DNA from: Macrostomum lignano
Lineage: Eukaryota
Assembly: GCA_002269645.1 (NCBI GenBank)
Contig: NIVC01001081.1
Span: forward strand, 124,001-188,000
Length of the DNA: 64,000 bases
Direction of reading: 5' to 3'
Within the stretch, counting starts at the first letter, position 1; the number at the start of each line of letters is the position of its first letter. The notes beneath the pieces were generated by a model. That model saw only the letters and a program-made list of their open reading frames with translations. It did not search any database and was not told the origin of the DNA. Shown here piece by piece: positions 1-13,700 of the stretch. A program made the position numbers and the translations under genes.

Positions 1-2
1 CA

Positions 3-1187
3 ATGGCTGACCGCGACAAACTTATGCACCTGAGCAAGGTGGCTCTGCAAGCCTTGTGTGCCCACGCTAACATAAGCAGTCGGGGCAACAAGGCCGACCT
101 TGTCAGCGCCCTGCTCGCAGCCACAGACCAGTCGTGGACAGATTCGCTGTTGCAGAACATGGAGCAATCTGAGCAAGAAGCCGAAGCAGACGACAACATC
201 AGTACGGAGGCGGCTCGGGAGTCGGCGGCGGGCCTGGACGAGGACATCGCGAAGGCGGAGAAGGAGATCAGACTGTTGCAGCTACGCAAGGAAGCCGCTC
301 AACTCAAGAGGGAGATCGGAGATCTGCAGCGCGAGTGTCCATCCACGCGTCCTATGAATCGCGGTGAGTGTGCCAAGCCTGCTGGCCCCAGTTACTTTCC
401 TGATGGGTGTGATGATGCTGAATTAGACCAAAAAGATAATGGCAATGAGCTGCTTGACAGATTGTTGTCACAGAACAGGGCCAATGAACGGATGGAGTGT
501 TCTGGTAGACGTAAGGCTCTCCTGGTTCGTGATTTCCTCGACGGCTTTGAGCAGGAAGAGGTGCTGGCTAATGGTTCTGGTGGCCGAATCACTTACAAGA
601 GCAGAAAACCTAATCCAGATAGCATCACGGCAGCGCAGTATTTGGTAGGAAATTGCAGGCTGATGATGCAGATGATCAAGGATGGTGCCCTGGTGACTAG
701 TAGAAATGGAATTGCCGACACGACTGATTTGATGAATTACTTACGCTACTCAATACAGATTGGCGAGCTGTTTGACGCAGGCTTCGGCCTTGCGCAGGTG
801 AATCGTTTTGACGAGGACTACCGCACTAGGCAAGCTGAAACTGGCATGCGATGGAGCAAGGAGTCTATCCAACTCGTTGCTAAGCACTTAATCAGAACTG
901 GAACTCCAGCAAACCATGGAGTCAGCAAGTCATTGCCCCAGCCACGGCAGCAGCGTTTTCAAAAACCAATAGACCTCAAGAGCCTCAGAACGCCAGACGG
1001 AGAAGAGACCTGCTTGCACTTTAATCGCCGGGGGTGCTTCCGGTCGAGCTGCAAATTCCGGCACGTCTGCCGCATCTGTTTCGAGGCCCACCCTGAGGCC
1101 AACCTCTATGCTGAAAGCAATATGCTGAAAGCATTGAACGAATGTAGAGTACATAAGAAACAATTGCTGATTCTCAGTTGTGAGTAG
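3..1187 (+). mobile_element. DIRS/Ngaro-type (tyrosine-recombinase retrotransposon) Gag-like ORF1 with N-terminal SAP-like motif; truncated, no RT/RNaseH downstream
   Basis: N-terminal LSKVALQALCAHANISSRGNKADLVSALL resembles a SAP helix-loop-helix, followed by a coiled coil. Core YLRYSIQIGELF..LAQVNRFDEDYRTRQAETGMRW and terminal CLHFNRRGCFRSSCKFRHVCRICFEAHP are the gag core and zinc-finger patterns typical of DIRS/Ngaro ORF1. Sequence after HP looks unrelated. Confidence 0.65.
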
Positions 1188-1768
1188 CAGAGCAGAGTAG
1201 CTCTGTCTTATTCTTTGTCTTACTCTGTCTTACTCTGACTTGCTGATTCAAAAGTAACCAACTCCATCTCTAATTCTGTTGATAAGCAGATCATATGACT
1301 CAACTCGACCCATCAGCGAATATAAAACAGACTTGACCATAGACATTCCCTGCTCAAAACCCAGCCAATCCCGAACATACGTAGTCTCTGATTAAGTTAA
1401 TGACACTCTTATCACTATAGAATTTGGCTAAGTAATCAATGTTGAAATTTGAGGGCGCAAAAGCATAATACTATAATGTTATACTGTAGTCCTAAATATC
1501 AAATTTCAGCTCTGCTTCCACCTGTGCCCTTTATTGGCTAAGCGGAGTCCGGGTGAGCAGTTCTTGCTGCCCTTTCTGAGAGCTTTTGCCTATCCGTAAA
1601 CAAAAATGACAAAATCAGGAAATCCGGGAAAAAATCTGCTCGAATGCCGGCAATTCTGCGCCGATAATCATAAACATTTATTCCGGAGAAATAATTTCAT
1701 TTTCAGTTTGTGTTTTTCACTGCTTTTCGCTCATCACAGCGTTGCTTTGTCCTCAATTCAGCCTTGGG

Positions 1769-3714
1769 TCACACCAACTCCATGACCTCTTCGACGGACA
1801 GCATCTTAGTGAAGATGGCCAGATTCCTGATTCTGCCGTGCAGAAACCTGCTCGGGGGGTCGAAGTGCAGCATGCCCAGGAACATGCAGCCAATCTTAAC
1901 CGGGTCGGTGCCGTAGGTGCTGGGAGCCGTGTAGAAGTTCGTGTCCAGCTTCACTCCGTTCACCACGAAGTACCCGGATGTCGGGCCCAGAGCCATGGCC
2001 AGGTGAATCACTGAGCTGTTGTGATAGTCCATGGTTGAACCCGGGCTGAGGGACTTGGCGACTTGCCAATGGCCTGTGAGGGAGTTCAGGAACCAGCCCT
2101 CGTTCCTCGAGGACTGCTCGTTGATGGCGCCGTTGTATTGAGTGATGTCTGAGCAGCTAGAAAACAGGACCAGCTCGGAGCGGCTTTTTGGCAGGCCTCG
2201 ACTAAACGTGATCACGAAGGTGAACGAGGTGTTGGCCCTGAAATAAATTTAGCAATGGGTTCCCGACTTCTGCTGAAGACATATAAAATACTTGCGATTT
2301 GAACTTCCTCATTACTCAAGGTTAACGTTTGTCGAGACAAACTTTTAGAAAAGACAATTAGAAATAGGTGCGTACAAAAAGTCGTCTGTATCATCTGAAC
2401 AAATTTGCTGGGGTTTGCTGGGTTTGCTTGCTTTGAAATACGAAAGTCGAACTCAGAAATGGCAGCTCCAGTTCAAGCTCACCTGACGAGCGAGTCGAAG
2501 CCGATATGCGACAGGTTGAGCCGCACGAACTGCGCCGTGTTCAGCGGAATCAGGACGCCCTCAGGCCCGATGTCCACCGGCGAGTTGTTAAAGGCCGGCA
2601 TGATGGCAGGGCTGGCGAGGTTCAGCATGCTTGAGTTGAAGGCGTAGAAGGCGAGCATAGACGAGGCCCAGGTGCGTGTCTTGTGCCACATGCTGCAGCC
2701 GTGGATTCCCTGGAGACGGCTGCTCAGGTAGAGGCTGAGGGAGCCCTCAAAGCAGCCGGAGGCGTTGAAAACGAAGAACTCGCAGGTCGGACGCCAAGCG
2801 CAAGCCTGGGCGCAGATGTCCAGCCGATGAGGCTGAGACCAGGCCAGGTGGACCGCAGGCGGGACATTGCCGCTGGCCGCGGCGCTGCTGCACAAGGTCT
2901 CGTTGGTGAACTGGTCGCGCCAGCGGACCGACACGGAGAGCAGAGAGAAGTCAGCGGTCGAACTTGAGAAGTAATCGGAGGTCGTTAGCGGTGAGCAGCG
3001 GATCAGAGCTTTTCCGGGCTGCGTGGCGCTGACAGCGGCGCCGATTGGGGCGAACAGCGAGCCATCAGACGCGAGACGCCTGCACCAGCGAGAGCAGAGC
3101 AGTTCGATGAGCAGCACCGCATCTCCGGTCGAGTTCAAAGCCAGGAAGGGCGCCTCGAGCGTTTCGTTTGTGGCGCAGAGATCTGATCGTAGTGATCGCA
3201 GGCAATCATATGTTTTGATGGCTTAATCAAGACTTTCCTACCATTTTTTACGAAAACAATTGGTCAAGGCTGCAAGGCGCAAATGTGAGAATCACATTCT
3301 TGGTCATTGTACGAAAATTTGACTGCGGACTACAACTTTTCGAGTGATCAGACCGCCTGCTGAAAGTGGACAGGGGGGAGGACTTACACGATAGAGCCCA
3401 GGAGCTTCAGCTAAACTCTCACCATTTGGGATGCTGGACTTGGCCACGATCCGGCAGTTCCCGGAAGTCAGCCCGACTGAGGCGTTGCGCACCAGCCGCC
3501 AGCTGCTGCCGTTTCCGCTGCAGGCGAGACAGCCCGGAGTTCCGGCGCACTCTCCCGCGCACTCGACGCCGCTGTCCGCCGCCGAAAGCGTCGCGAGCGG
3601 ATCGTCAGTGGCGCTGCACAGCCCGCCGGTCACCGAGAACTGCTGGCCGACTGACTCGCTGACGGGCGGAGCCGAGGCCAATGCAGCCAGCAGCAGGGGC
3701 AGCCAACTCTCCAT
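1769..3714 (-). CDS. Putative secreted PAN/Apple-like + LamG (concanavalin-A-like) protein; exons ~3714-3388, ~3221-2483, 2237-1769
   Basis: Signal-peptide-like MESWLPLLLAALASA; Cys pairs VECAGECAGTPGCLAC and ICAQACAWRPTCEFFVFN (PAN-like); C-terminal FLHGRIRNLAIFTKMLSVEEV (LamG_3-like). Intron 2482-2238 (CAG|GTGAG..TTTCAG) joins in frame, phase 2. The exon1-exon2 junction is not cleanly resolved, so this could be two genes. Confidence 0.55.
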
Positions 3715-4659
3715 TGCTTTGGTTTTTGCTAACCAAAAGCAACGATTGAGAAAGAGAGCAAGCTCACTCGAGCTTGGGAAAGAATTATTTAAATGCTTGG
3801 AGTTTTAATTACCAAATGCATTTTTAATTAACGTAACTGCGCGTCAAAACCCCTATAATTTTTCTTGATTAATTTCTCTGATTAATCCGTTAATCCTGCA
3901 AAAAGCCCATGATTCAGACAATAAACTCCAGAAATACCACCTCTAGGAGTTTCGTTTCATGGGGTCGCCAGAAGCTGGAGCAGCCGTTTCTGTCGGCAAG
4001 CGGCTAACATTGTTTTAAAATTTTAATTGCCTGACTGCAACAAACAATCCCTTTCACGGCTGCAATCATTGAATTAGCATGATGAGGGATTAGCGGTGTG
4101 CCGCCCAATCCTTTGTTTGGCGAAAACTTCAGAGAATTTGCTGTTTAGGATGATGTTCGAGCCACTTTTAAAATTAATTTTCACGCCTTGTTTTTCAGTG
4201 CATTTTTTTGCGATAATTAAAATTTCCTATTTTGCTTATGCCGTCACGATGTTTGGGGAGGCAATCAGTGATGAGGAGTTACCAGGTGTGTCGCCACCGG
4301 GGGCAGGGGGGGCATGCCAATGCTTTGTTCCTCCGCCCCACCCCACCTTTGAGACCCGTTATGGAAATTTATAGTTTTGATCATGTTGCCAAAATTTAAC
4401 GCCTTTGGCACCAAAAGGAGTGCTAAGAAGACCCATTCCGAAAATAATTTAGTAATTTAGTCATCTAACGGCGAGGAATTCTTGGCCTTGTCCGCCCGCC
4501 TTAAATTCCAAGGCGAGGCACCTGGGAGTTGCTGTAAAATTGTCTGTCCGCTTCTCAACACCTGTTTCATTAGACAGGGCAAAATCATATGACTCACAAA
4601 ACAGTTTGACTGACCCGAAATGCTGGCTGGTATCTCCATCTCACAATGATTCCAGATAA

Positions 4660-6214
<1,555 letters not shown>

Positions 6215-6631
6215 TAGGCAGGTATACGGACTAACGCTTTGAAATAGTGAGAGGATTTCAGTTAGTGATTAAACGTATAGAACAAATGACCGATGAGATC
6301 GTGAGAATACGGCGAGTAAAGTGTCTAAGTTTTCCAGGAAATGATAGCTTATAATTTTTCAACAACAATTTACGTAAAATCTAAATTAGTTTCTCATAAA
6401 ATCTATCAGAAAGCTGATAGAAACAGCGACAACCATCCGTGTCAGTCCGTACTAGCAAGTGTTTTTCATGGGCAAGAGGGCAATGATGAAGCGCAAACAT
6501 GGCAAAACAATGTTTTTAATTGTCTGAATACGACACAACGTGGACATCCGTAGTAAAAGCTTGTGGCACTGGAGGCGTACACTGGCCACGTAACACGCCC
6601 CAGTGCGAAATGTCTAAAAATAGAATACGCA

Positions 6632-6747
6632 GGGAACTCCCGTAGACCGTATTTGGCAGTGTTCGTCAGATTATTAGTTTGGAGTGCCCGAGCGCGCCCG
6701 CGGAATTCCCGGGCAAAGCAGGGCAGTCTAGAAGAACTCTATATAAG
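6632..6747 (+). promoter_or_regulatory. Candidate promoter: kappaB-like 10-mers plus TATA box upstream of small ankyrin gene
   Basis: GGGAACTCCC at 6632-6641 (fits GGGRNNYYCC), CGGAATTCCC at 6701-6710, TATATAAG at 6740-6747, ATG at 6834. Confidence 0.4.
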
Positions 6748-6833
6748 CATTAGCGGCTCAGTCATGACTGGAATGCAACTAGCAACCCTCAGGAAGGCCT
6801 CACAGACGCATATATCAAAGAAACGATTTGAGC

Positions 6834-7508
6834 ATGGCACCAAGAAACTGCAAATCAGCTGACGACAGAAATAAACTGCGAGACGTCGCCGCAAGAGTCA
6901 TGAAACTGCGCCAGGTGTGCTCCAAGTCCCAGTGGCTGCAGTTCGTCAGGGAGCACCGCCAGTTATGCGCCATTCGCACCCTGATGTCGCAGCGCAGACT
7001 CTGTTATCCGATTGCTGACGCCATCGGGCGCGGCAGCGAGGACGAGGCCATCGAAGCGCTTCGACAAAGCGACCATCTGGGCGTCTGGACTTTGACGGAA
7101 CGCTGGCGAGGTCCTGGACTTGAGTCGCTGCTGATGCTGGCCGTGTCGGCGGGAATGTCGAGGTTGGTCGCCGAGCTGGTCAGCCGAAACCCCAACCAGG
7201 TGTTTCGGCTGTACGACAGCAGGGGCCGAAACGCTCTGCACTACTGCTTTGCGGCTCAAAGCGAGTCCTGCCTGGTAGCCGTGCTCAGAGAGTTCCGCGC
7301 GGCCCTCATGAAGAATACGACAGCTGGTGCGGTGCCGCTGCTCCGGGGCCTTCTGGCGGCGATCAGGATGCCGGACTGCGGCGGGGCAACGCCGGCCGCT
7401 GTGAATCCTCTGGAGCGAATGTCCAGAACTCTGGACGCAGCTGCTGCTGCTGCAGAATCCGCTTTGTCGGCTTCGATGACCGCCCTGTCCGCTGCTGCAG
7501 CGGCATAA
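6834..7508 (+). CDS. Small single-exon ankyrin-repeat-like protein (~224 aa)
   Basis: ESLLMLAVSAGMSRLVAELV, DSRGRNALHYC and DCGGATP resemble 2-3 degenerate ankyrin repeats; GC-rich codon usage; first ATG at 6834; AATAAA near 7749. Confidence 0.6.
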   Translation: MAPRNCKSADDRNKLRDVAARVMKLRQVCSKSQWLQFVREHRQLCAIRTLMSQRRLCYPIADAIGRGSEDEAIEALRQSDHLGVWTLTERWRGPGLESLLMLAVSAGMSRLVAELVSRNPNQVFRLYDSRGRNALHYCFAAQSESCLVAVLREFRAALMKNTTAGAVPLLRGLLAAIRMPDCGGATPAAVNPLERMSRTLDAAAAAAESALSASMTALSAAAAA

Positions 7509-7981
7509 GGGGGTGAGCTCGGCCACCACCGGATTCTGGACTGCCATGGCTGGCTGCAACTTACCTGTAGCTTTGACAATAATGGCGTATATCCGCATAC
7601 TGATTCTGAACGCAGTGAAACTCTTTCAAACCCGCATTAGCCTTTCAACTGCCCACTAGGCCTTTCTGATTACGCGTGTTAGTAAATTTATGCACCACAC
7701 TTCACTTTTACTGTTTTGTTTGCTGAAGAAAATTTTATTCGAGTGTTTAATAAATAACGTACAGTGTGCACTGCTAAACACTACAGCACCGTCAAGCAAT
7801 TTACTGCGAAATATATAAATGACAGGTGGCGTAAATTGCTGATTTTTATTTGCTTCTTGCCTCTTGTGATTAGATAAAATCGTTGCGCATCTGCGATTTT
7901 ATGGTTGTTAAGCGCAGCTGTTCGACACTGATCTGGATAGATGTACCTTGTGTAGGTCAATCGGTGCGTTTTTAGAGGTAC

Positions 7982-8345
7982 GTCAGTGAATGTGTCAGTG
8001 TGTGTTATGGGGCGTGTCAGTGTGTGTTATGTGGTGTGTCAGTGAATGTGTCAGTGTGTGTTATGTGGTGTGTCAGTGAATGTGTCAGTGTGTGTTATGT
8101 GGTGTGTCAGTGAATGTGTCAGTGTGTGTTATGGGGTGTGTCAGTGAATGTGTCAGTGTGTGTTATGGGGTGTGTCAGTGAATGTGTCAGTGTGTGTTAT
8201 GGGGTGTGTCAGTGAATGTGTCAGTGTGTGTTATGGGGTGTGTCAGTGACTTTTCAGTGAATGTGTCAGTGTGTGTTATGGGGTGTGTCAGTGAATGTGT
8301 CAGTGTGTGTTATGGGTGTGTCAGTGACTTGCCAGTGAATGTGCC
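7982..8345 (+). repeat. 34-bp minisatellite (gtcagtgaatgtgtcagtgtgtgttatggggtgt), ~10 copies
   Basis: Period 34 seen directly (agtgaa at 8041 and 8075). Confidence 0.95.
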
Positions 8346-8757
8346 TGTGTTTTGCTGGTTGATATGCTTGGTTAGTCAAAGAGGAAACAATAAAAGATAT
8401 GCAAAAAAACTCAAGAGAGTCCAAATGTTTGTTAGAACTCATTTTTAATTGTACTAAAACTTACTTAGCCACCAACGAGCACTTGAGCCCTTCCTGCTGA
8501 GCCTTTCCTGGTACAAAATTTGCCCTTTTTAGACTTTATTCGGTCTTCCAATCGACTCTCCCTTTTTGCCAGTTATAAATCCTCACGGGGTTGGAATCCA
8601 CACTAATTGAAAGTGAAATTAAAATTATTTTCTGTTGAATTTCGAATGTACGAGCTGCATGTACTTTACGCGTGCATTTTACGCGTACATATTTTCTGCG
8701 AAACGTAGTTGTCCACTCTTTCCCTTTCCCATCTATCCGGGCCTTGGGTTGAGGAGG

Positions 8758-9834
8758 TCATGGAGACGTCAGTCCCTCGTCACGCCGCTGCTCCACCTCC
8801 GTCTCCAGGTAGACGCAGCCGTTCCTCGCAAACAACGTCACGAGCCGGTCGGTCCCCACGAATCGCGACACAGCGGCGCAAAACTCCGTCCCGCTTTCGC
8901 CAATTGACGGCTGCTGAGCGATGAAACTTGCCCTGACAACCAAGTCCTCCGTGTGGCGCTGCCGATGCAGCAGGGGGAAGGTGACTCTGGCGACAAACGG
9001 CCAATCCCACATGTCGTCGAGTTCGGTCTGGACGAGCTCTAGCTGAGTAGTCACGTGACTACAGTCGGCGTCCGCCTGTCCGTTGAGAAACAACCTGACA
9101 CGGAACTTGTGGCCGTATCGCTGGGTCATGAAAGGCGGAGACAGCAGACAGGCTGACGGGTTGCTCGCCGCCTCCCGCAGTCTGTCGGCAATGCCAGTGA
9201 CTTTCCACAGCAGGCAACCGTCATAAGAGATCTGCTCCAGGGTCTCAACGCGTCGCGTGATTCTGAGCAGCAGCTCCTGCTGTTCAATCGCTTTTAGTTT
9301 GGCTTGCACGCAATGCAAAAGGGTCCCGAAACCGCTGGCTCCGCCAAACTCCTTCATCAGGTCCTCGATGGCAATGGTTGTCAGAGCCCAATTTGCTAAA
9401 TTAGGCTGAATTCTCTTCAACGCATCAAACAATCGCAATACGTTTTGCTCCCCAGACCGAATTTCTCGGGCTGTAGCATCCAACTGTAGGGGATCCAGAG
9501 CTGAGGCCTTGAACTCATCACAGATGAGCTCCAGATGCTTGTCTGCCCCAACAGCGTAGTGGCCATTCAAATTCTCTTGAATGTGTCAGTGTGTGTTATT
9601 CCTCTGGAAATTGCACCTGAGACGACAGAATCTGCAACTGACCAGCTTCTTGGGAAACTCGGCCTTGTGACACTGAAGACCATACCGATTGAATGAACCT
9701 TCGTGACAGAGCGCGCACTCAATGACTTCATCGCAAGCGATCCCCGATGATTGGCGCAGTTGACTGGCGACTTCCCCGGGAAGCTCCATGGATTCAGGAA
9801 GGTCAGCAGCTGCTCTGCTTTCCGGTCTTGTCAT
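8758..9834 (-). pseudogene. RING-less TRAF-family gene (degenerate zinc fingers, coiled coil, MATH) with in-frame TGA at 9588-9586
   Basis: ORFs 9586-9834 and 8758-9570 share one frame, separated by a single TGA. CALCHEGSFNRYGL..HKAEFPKKLVSCRF aligns with CPHCREGNFNRQAF..HLSQCPQKPTPCRF of the paralogs. MATH motifs SYDGCLLWKV, SPPFMTQRYGHKFRVRLFLNG, DWPF, FARNGCVYLETEV. Confidence 0.8.
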
Positions 9835-10772
9835 TTTTTTATTTAGCCTATTTTTGCGGTTTGGTAATTTGACGGTTGCATGCCAGTCTGCTTGTAAATG
9901 ATTACCGAAGGAATTTCAGAGTTTCTACTCTGCTCAAAAACTGTACATTAATCTCTACACCTTGTACGTGGGTCCCAGAGTGTACAAGCGTACAGCGTGG
10001 CAGAAGGCTTTTCCATGGGTTTGCCGGGGAATTACCTGCGAAGAACTTGCGCCCCAGAATTACCGCACGTTTTTTGGAAGGAATAAGGCTGCCAAATTGT
10101 CAAATCTAAATCAGATTGCTGCTCATTTTTCGGCGTACGAGCGTAATTTGAAGATATAAGCGAGCATTCTGAATATTATGTTTGCAAGCAGGAAATCTGG
10201 CAGTAAAAAACTGAATTCGTTATTACGACTATTATGTGAAAGAATGAATGTTACACAGAAAACAAAATCATGTCTTTAACAGTTCGGACAGTATAATAGA
10301 AGCGGGCAAAAATGTTAACTTTATTGAATATTAAAGGATGCGCTAGGCCTATAAGACGTCCCGATGATCGGTGAAAATTTTGATTGCTTTCTTTCTTACC
10401 CTTCCAATATTTCAACTCAAAATGCAGTTGGACGCTTTCCATCCAGGCGCCCCGCAGCTGACTGCCTTTTCTTAGGGAGGCATCTTAGGGAGGTTATTGC
10501 TGTGATTGTTTTTGTTTGTTTTGTTGCTATTGTTGTTGAATGCAGAGTGCGCCCCTCACAGGGCGCGTGGGCAGTCCAAGGTTTCAATTTCAAGGAGCCG
10601 TGACAACCAATTTTTGGCCATCGGCTAAAACATTCCAATAGGTTCAACCGATCTCCAGGCAAGGATACTTTAGCGTTAACCGACTACATGCCATGCAATT
10701 ACTGAACTATGCTATAGTACCTACACAGCTAAATATCGTTTATTAGTTTGTTAGCAAGTTACCGCCTGGCCT

Positions 10773-13700
10773 TCAAAGCTTCAGCTCAGAACCGATCATT
10801 TGTTGCCACATTGCTCCTGCTAGCTGCCACTTTCGCTGCAGTTCCTCCGTCAGCCATCGGGGAAGCGCCACATTCAAACTGAGCAGCTTCTCAAAAATGA
10901 GCAGATCCGTTTTGGGCTGGACAGAAAACAGGGCAGCAACCAGCAGCTCCTGAATATCCGCGTCCTCCCGCTCAGCCACAGATTGGATCCAGGCCTTGGC
11001 ATGGTGGACTTCGCTGTCGGGTAGCAGCTCAAGTCTCAAGGCCCACAGCAGTGCATCGAAGTTTAAGTAGAAATAATCTGCGCCACTATGAAATTTGAGC
11101 GGGAAGCACTTGATCAGAACTCCAGTTAAAAAAATTAATTTTGGGCGCCTTTCGAACTCGAAGCAGAACTTCCACGCGGAGTCCCGGCTCCTCAGATGCC
11201 GCCACACGAACTCTGTAGTCGCCTCGGTCGCCGACCTCTCAGCGGACCAAGCGATGCCTCTGCTCACCGAGAGGCCTCTGCACTGGCTCACGATTCTCTC
11301 TGCAGTTCCTCGGTAGCCGAACTTCAGGCAGGCCAGCGCTCTGAGAGCCTCCCGAGCTGAGCCGGCGCAGTCTGGCAGTCTGGCAATCAGCTCTGTGAGC
11401 GACTCCTGAGACAGCGGGCTGCAGTCACCATGGGAGAGACGCATCAGACACTCCCTCACCACGTCGTAGATCTCGTGGTACTCGACAGTGTTTGAGTTAG
11501 GCAAAGACCTCAAAACTAAAACTGGCAGGGTCTGGAACGGGTGGAAGTAAAATATCCCAGACTCATCCACAGGTCTCAGACTGCTCATGAACTGCTGCAG
11601 CAGCTGAGGCAGTCGATCAATTACTGTTCTCAGTGTGCTCGCGATGCTGCCCAGAGTCTGGTCCATGCTTCCGTCTTTCCCCACTGCACCCTTGAGGTAC
11701 ACAGCGACGTCGCTCAGGAAGAAGTGCTCCATGATCCGGCCGTGAGCATTGTCGGGCGAGCGACTGCTCTCCACACAGCCAAGCAGCATCTGCAGCGACC
11801 TCCTCACGAGACTCACGAGGTTTTCCGGCTTCCACTGCTCGACCGGCGTCTCCTCCACCATTCGGAACGTGATGGACTTCACATGGTACGGCTTCAGGCC
11901 TTGCTGGTTGAAGCCGTCCTTGCTGCAGATGACCTTCTTGATCAGGTACTTGAGAGTGACGAACAGCTGGCCTTGGAGAGTAGTGAGACTTCTGAGCATC
12001 CGCTTCTCCAGGAAGCTGGTGCTCACACGGAGCTCCTGGCCTCCTCGACCAGGAGAGGCTGCGTGCACCACGTGACAGGGCGTTAAGTCAGAGTCGACAA
12101 CCTTCTGGAGGGCCTGCAGCACCGGCTTCGGGATGTTCGATCGGGAGATTCGATGGGGCTGGAGAGGCGCGATGGGCGGGTAGCGGCAGAGGCGGCCAGC
12201 AGTAACCCTGTCCATGGCTGGCCTCAGTGCCGAACCGTCTGACGGCAGAGCAGGATTCGATGCTGCAATGGCAGTACGAGATGCATCGTAATTGACGCAT
12301 TGCATGAAAATGAATCTAATATAATTAATTCAATAATTTGATATAATTACTAAGAAAATCTGGCAGTTGTCGATTTTGTTAAGCTGCCAAACCAAAGCAA
12401 GGATTAATTCATCATCTTTCATTCAAATAGAATTGAAACTCACAGTATCCTTTACACTGAAGATGCCCATTGCTAAACTCATGCTGGACTGGATGTCCGC
12501 TGCACTTGCATATGCCTGTTGGGTGGTACAGCTTTCCAGGAATCAGCTCCATCACATCAATGTCTGAAGCGACGTCAGTTCTGCCGTCCAGTGTTTTCAG
12601 ATTGTTTCCCCAGCCTTCAGAGTAGCTGCCAACCACAAAGCGCTTGTCGTAATCCTGCCTCCTTCTCAGGATCTCCTGCAAGACGTCGGCAACTGCGCTC
12701 TGCAAAGCGGCTCTGGAGTCCACAAATCCTGCATGAGTAAGCGTCGAGTGCAGCTGCAGGCCAAGTGGATTGCTTGGATGGTCTCTGAAATCGCGTAATG
12801 GTTAATTTTTATGTGATTTTAGATACATTTCGATCCTATGCTTCAAGTTTGACTTATTTTTTTTAATCCAACTTTACCTGATCTCAGAAATCGATAAATC
12901 TGCTTCGTGCGAATTTTCATCCAGTGAGCAAACAGATTTACTCATGTCTGCCTGTGCCAGCATGAGCAATCTAACGACATGTCGGTGACCCTTCAGTGAT
13001 GCAATCTGTAGAGGCGAGCAGCCGTCGTTTCGCTGAAGATTTACGTCAGCCTGGGCTTTTATGAGTAAATCTACGATTTCTTGATGGCCTCTGCGTGCCG
13101 CAATGAACAGAGGCGTTTCGCCTGCGTTACTTTGAACATCGACGTTGGCTTGTGCTCTGATGAGCAAAACCACTACTTGCTGGTGGCCATTGTGGGATGC
13201 AATGTGGAGTGGCGAAGTTCCGTTTTGAAGTTGGAAATCAACGTTGGCACTCGTTCTGAGGAGTGACGTCACAACTTGCTGATGTCCATTTTGTGATGCC
13301 ACAAAGAGAGGCGACTCACCGGTTTTTCTTGAAAGATTAACATCGGCTTTGGCTTCTATGAGCAAATGGACAACTTGGAGATGACTCAGATGGCAGGCAA
13401 TGTATAGAGGCGACTCGCCCGAGTCTCGTTGGAGATTAACATCTGCTTGGGCTTTGATGAGCACTTCTACCACTAGCTGATGACCATTCTGTGAAGCAAT
13501 GTAAAGAGGTGACTCTCCAGTGTTGAGTTGAAGATTGACGTTGGCTTGTGATTTTACGAGCAATGTCACCACACGATGATGACCATTCTGTGAAGCAATA
13601 TAGATAGGTGACTCGCCAGTGTCTCTTTGAAAATTAACATCTGCTTTTGCAGTGATGAGTGACTCGGCAATTTCGCTATGACCCTCATGCGACGCTATAT

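Noticed and set aside
9586-9588. Selenocysteine or readthrough of the in-frame TGA
   Set aside because: The TGA lies within an apparent inserted satellite fragment, not at a conserved Cys; no SECIS recognised.
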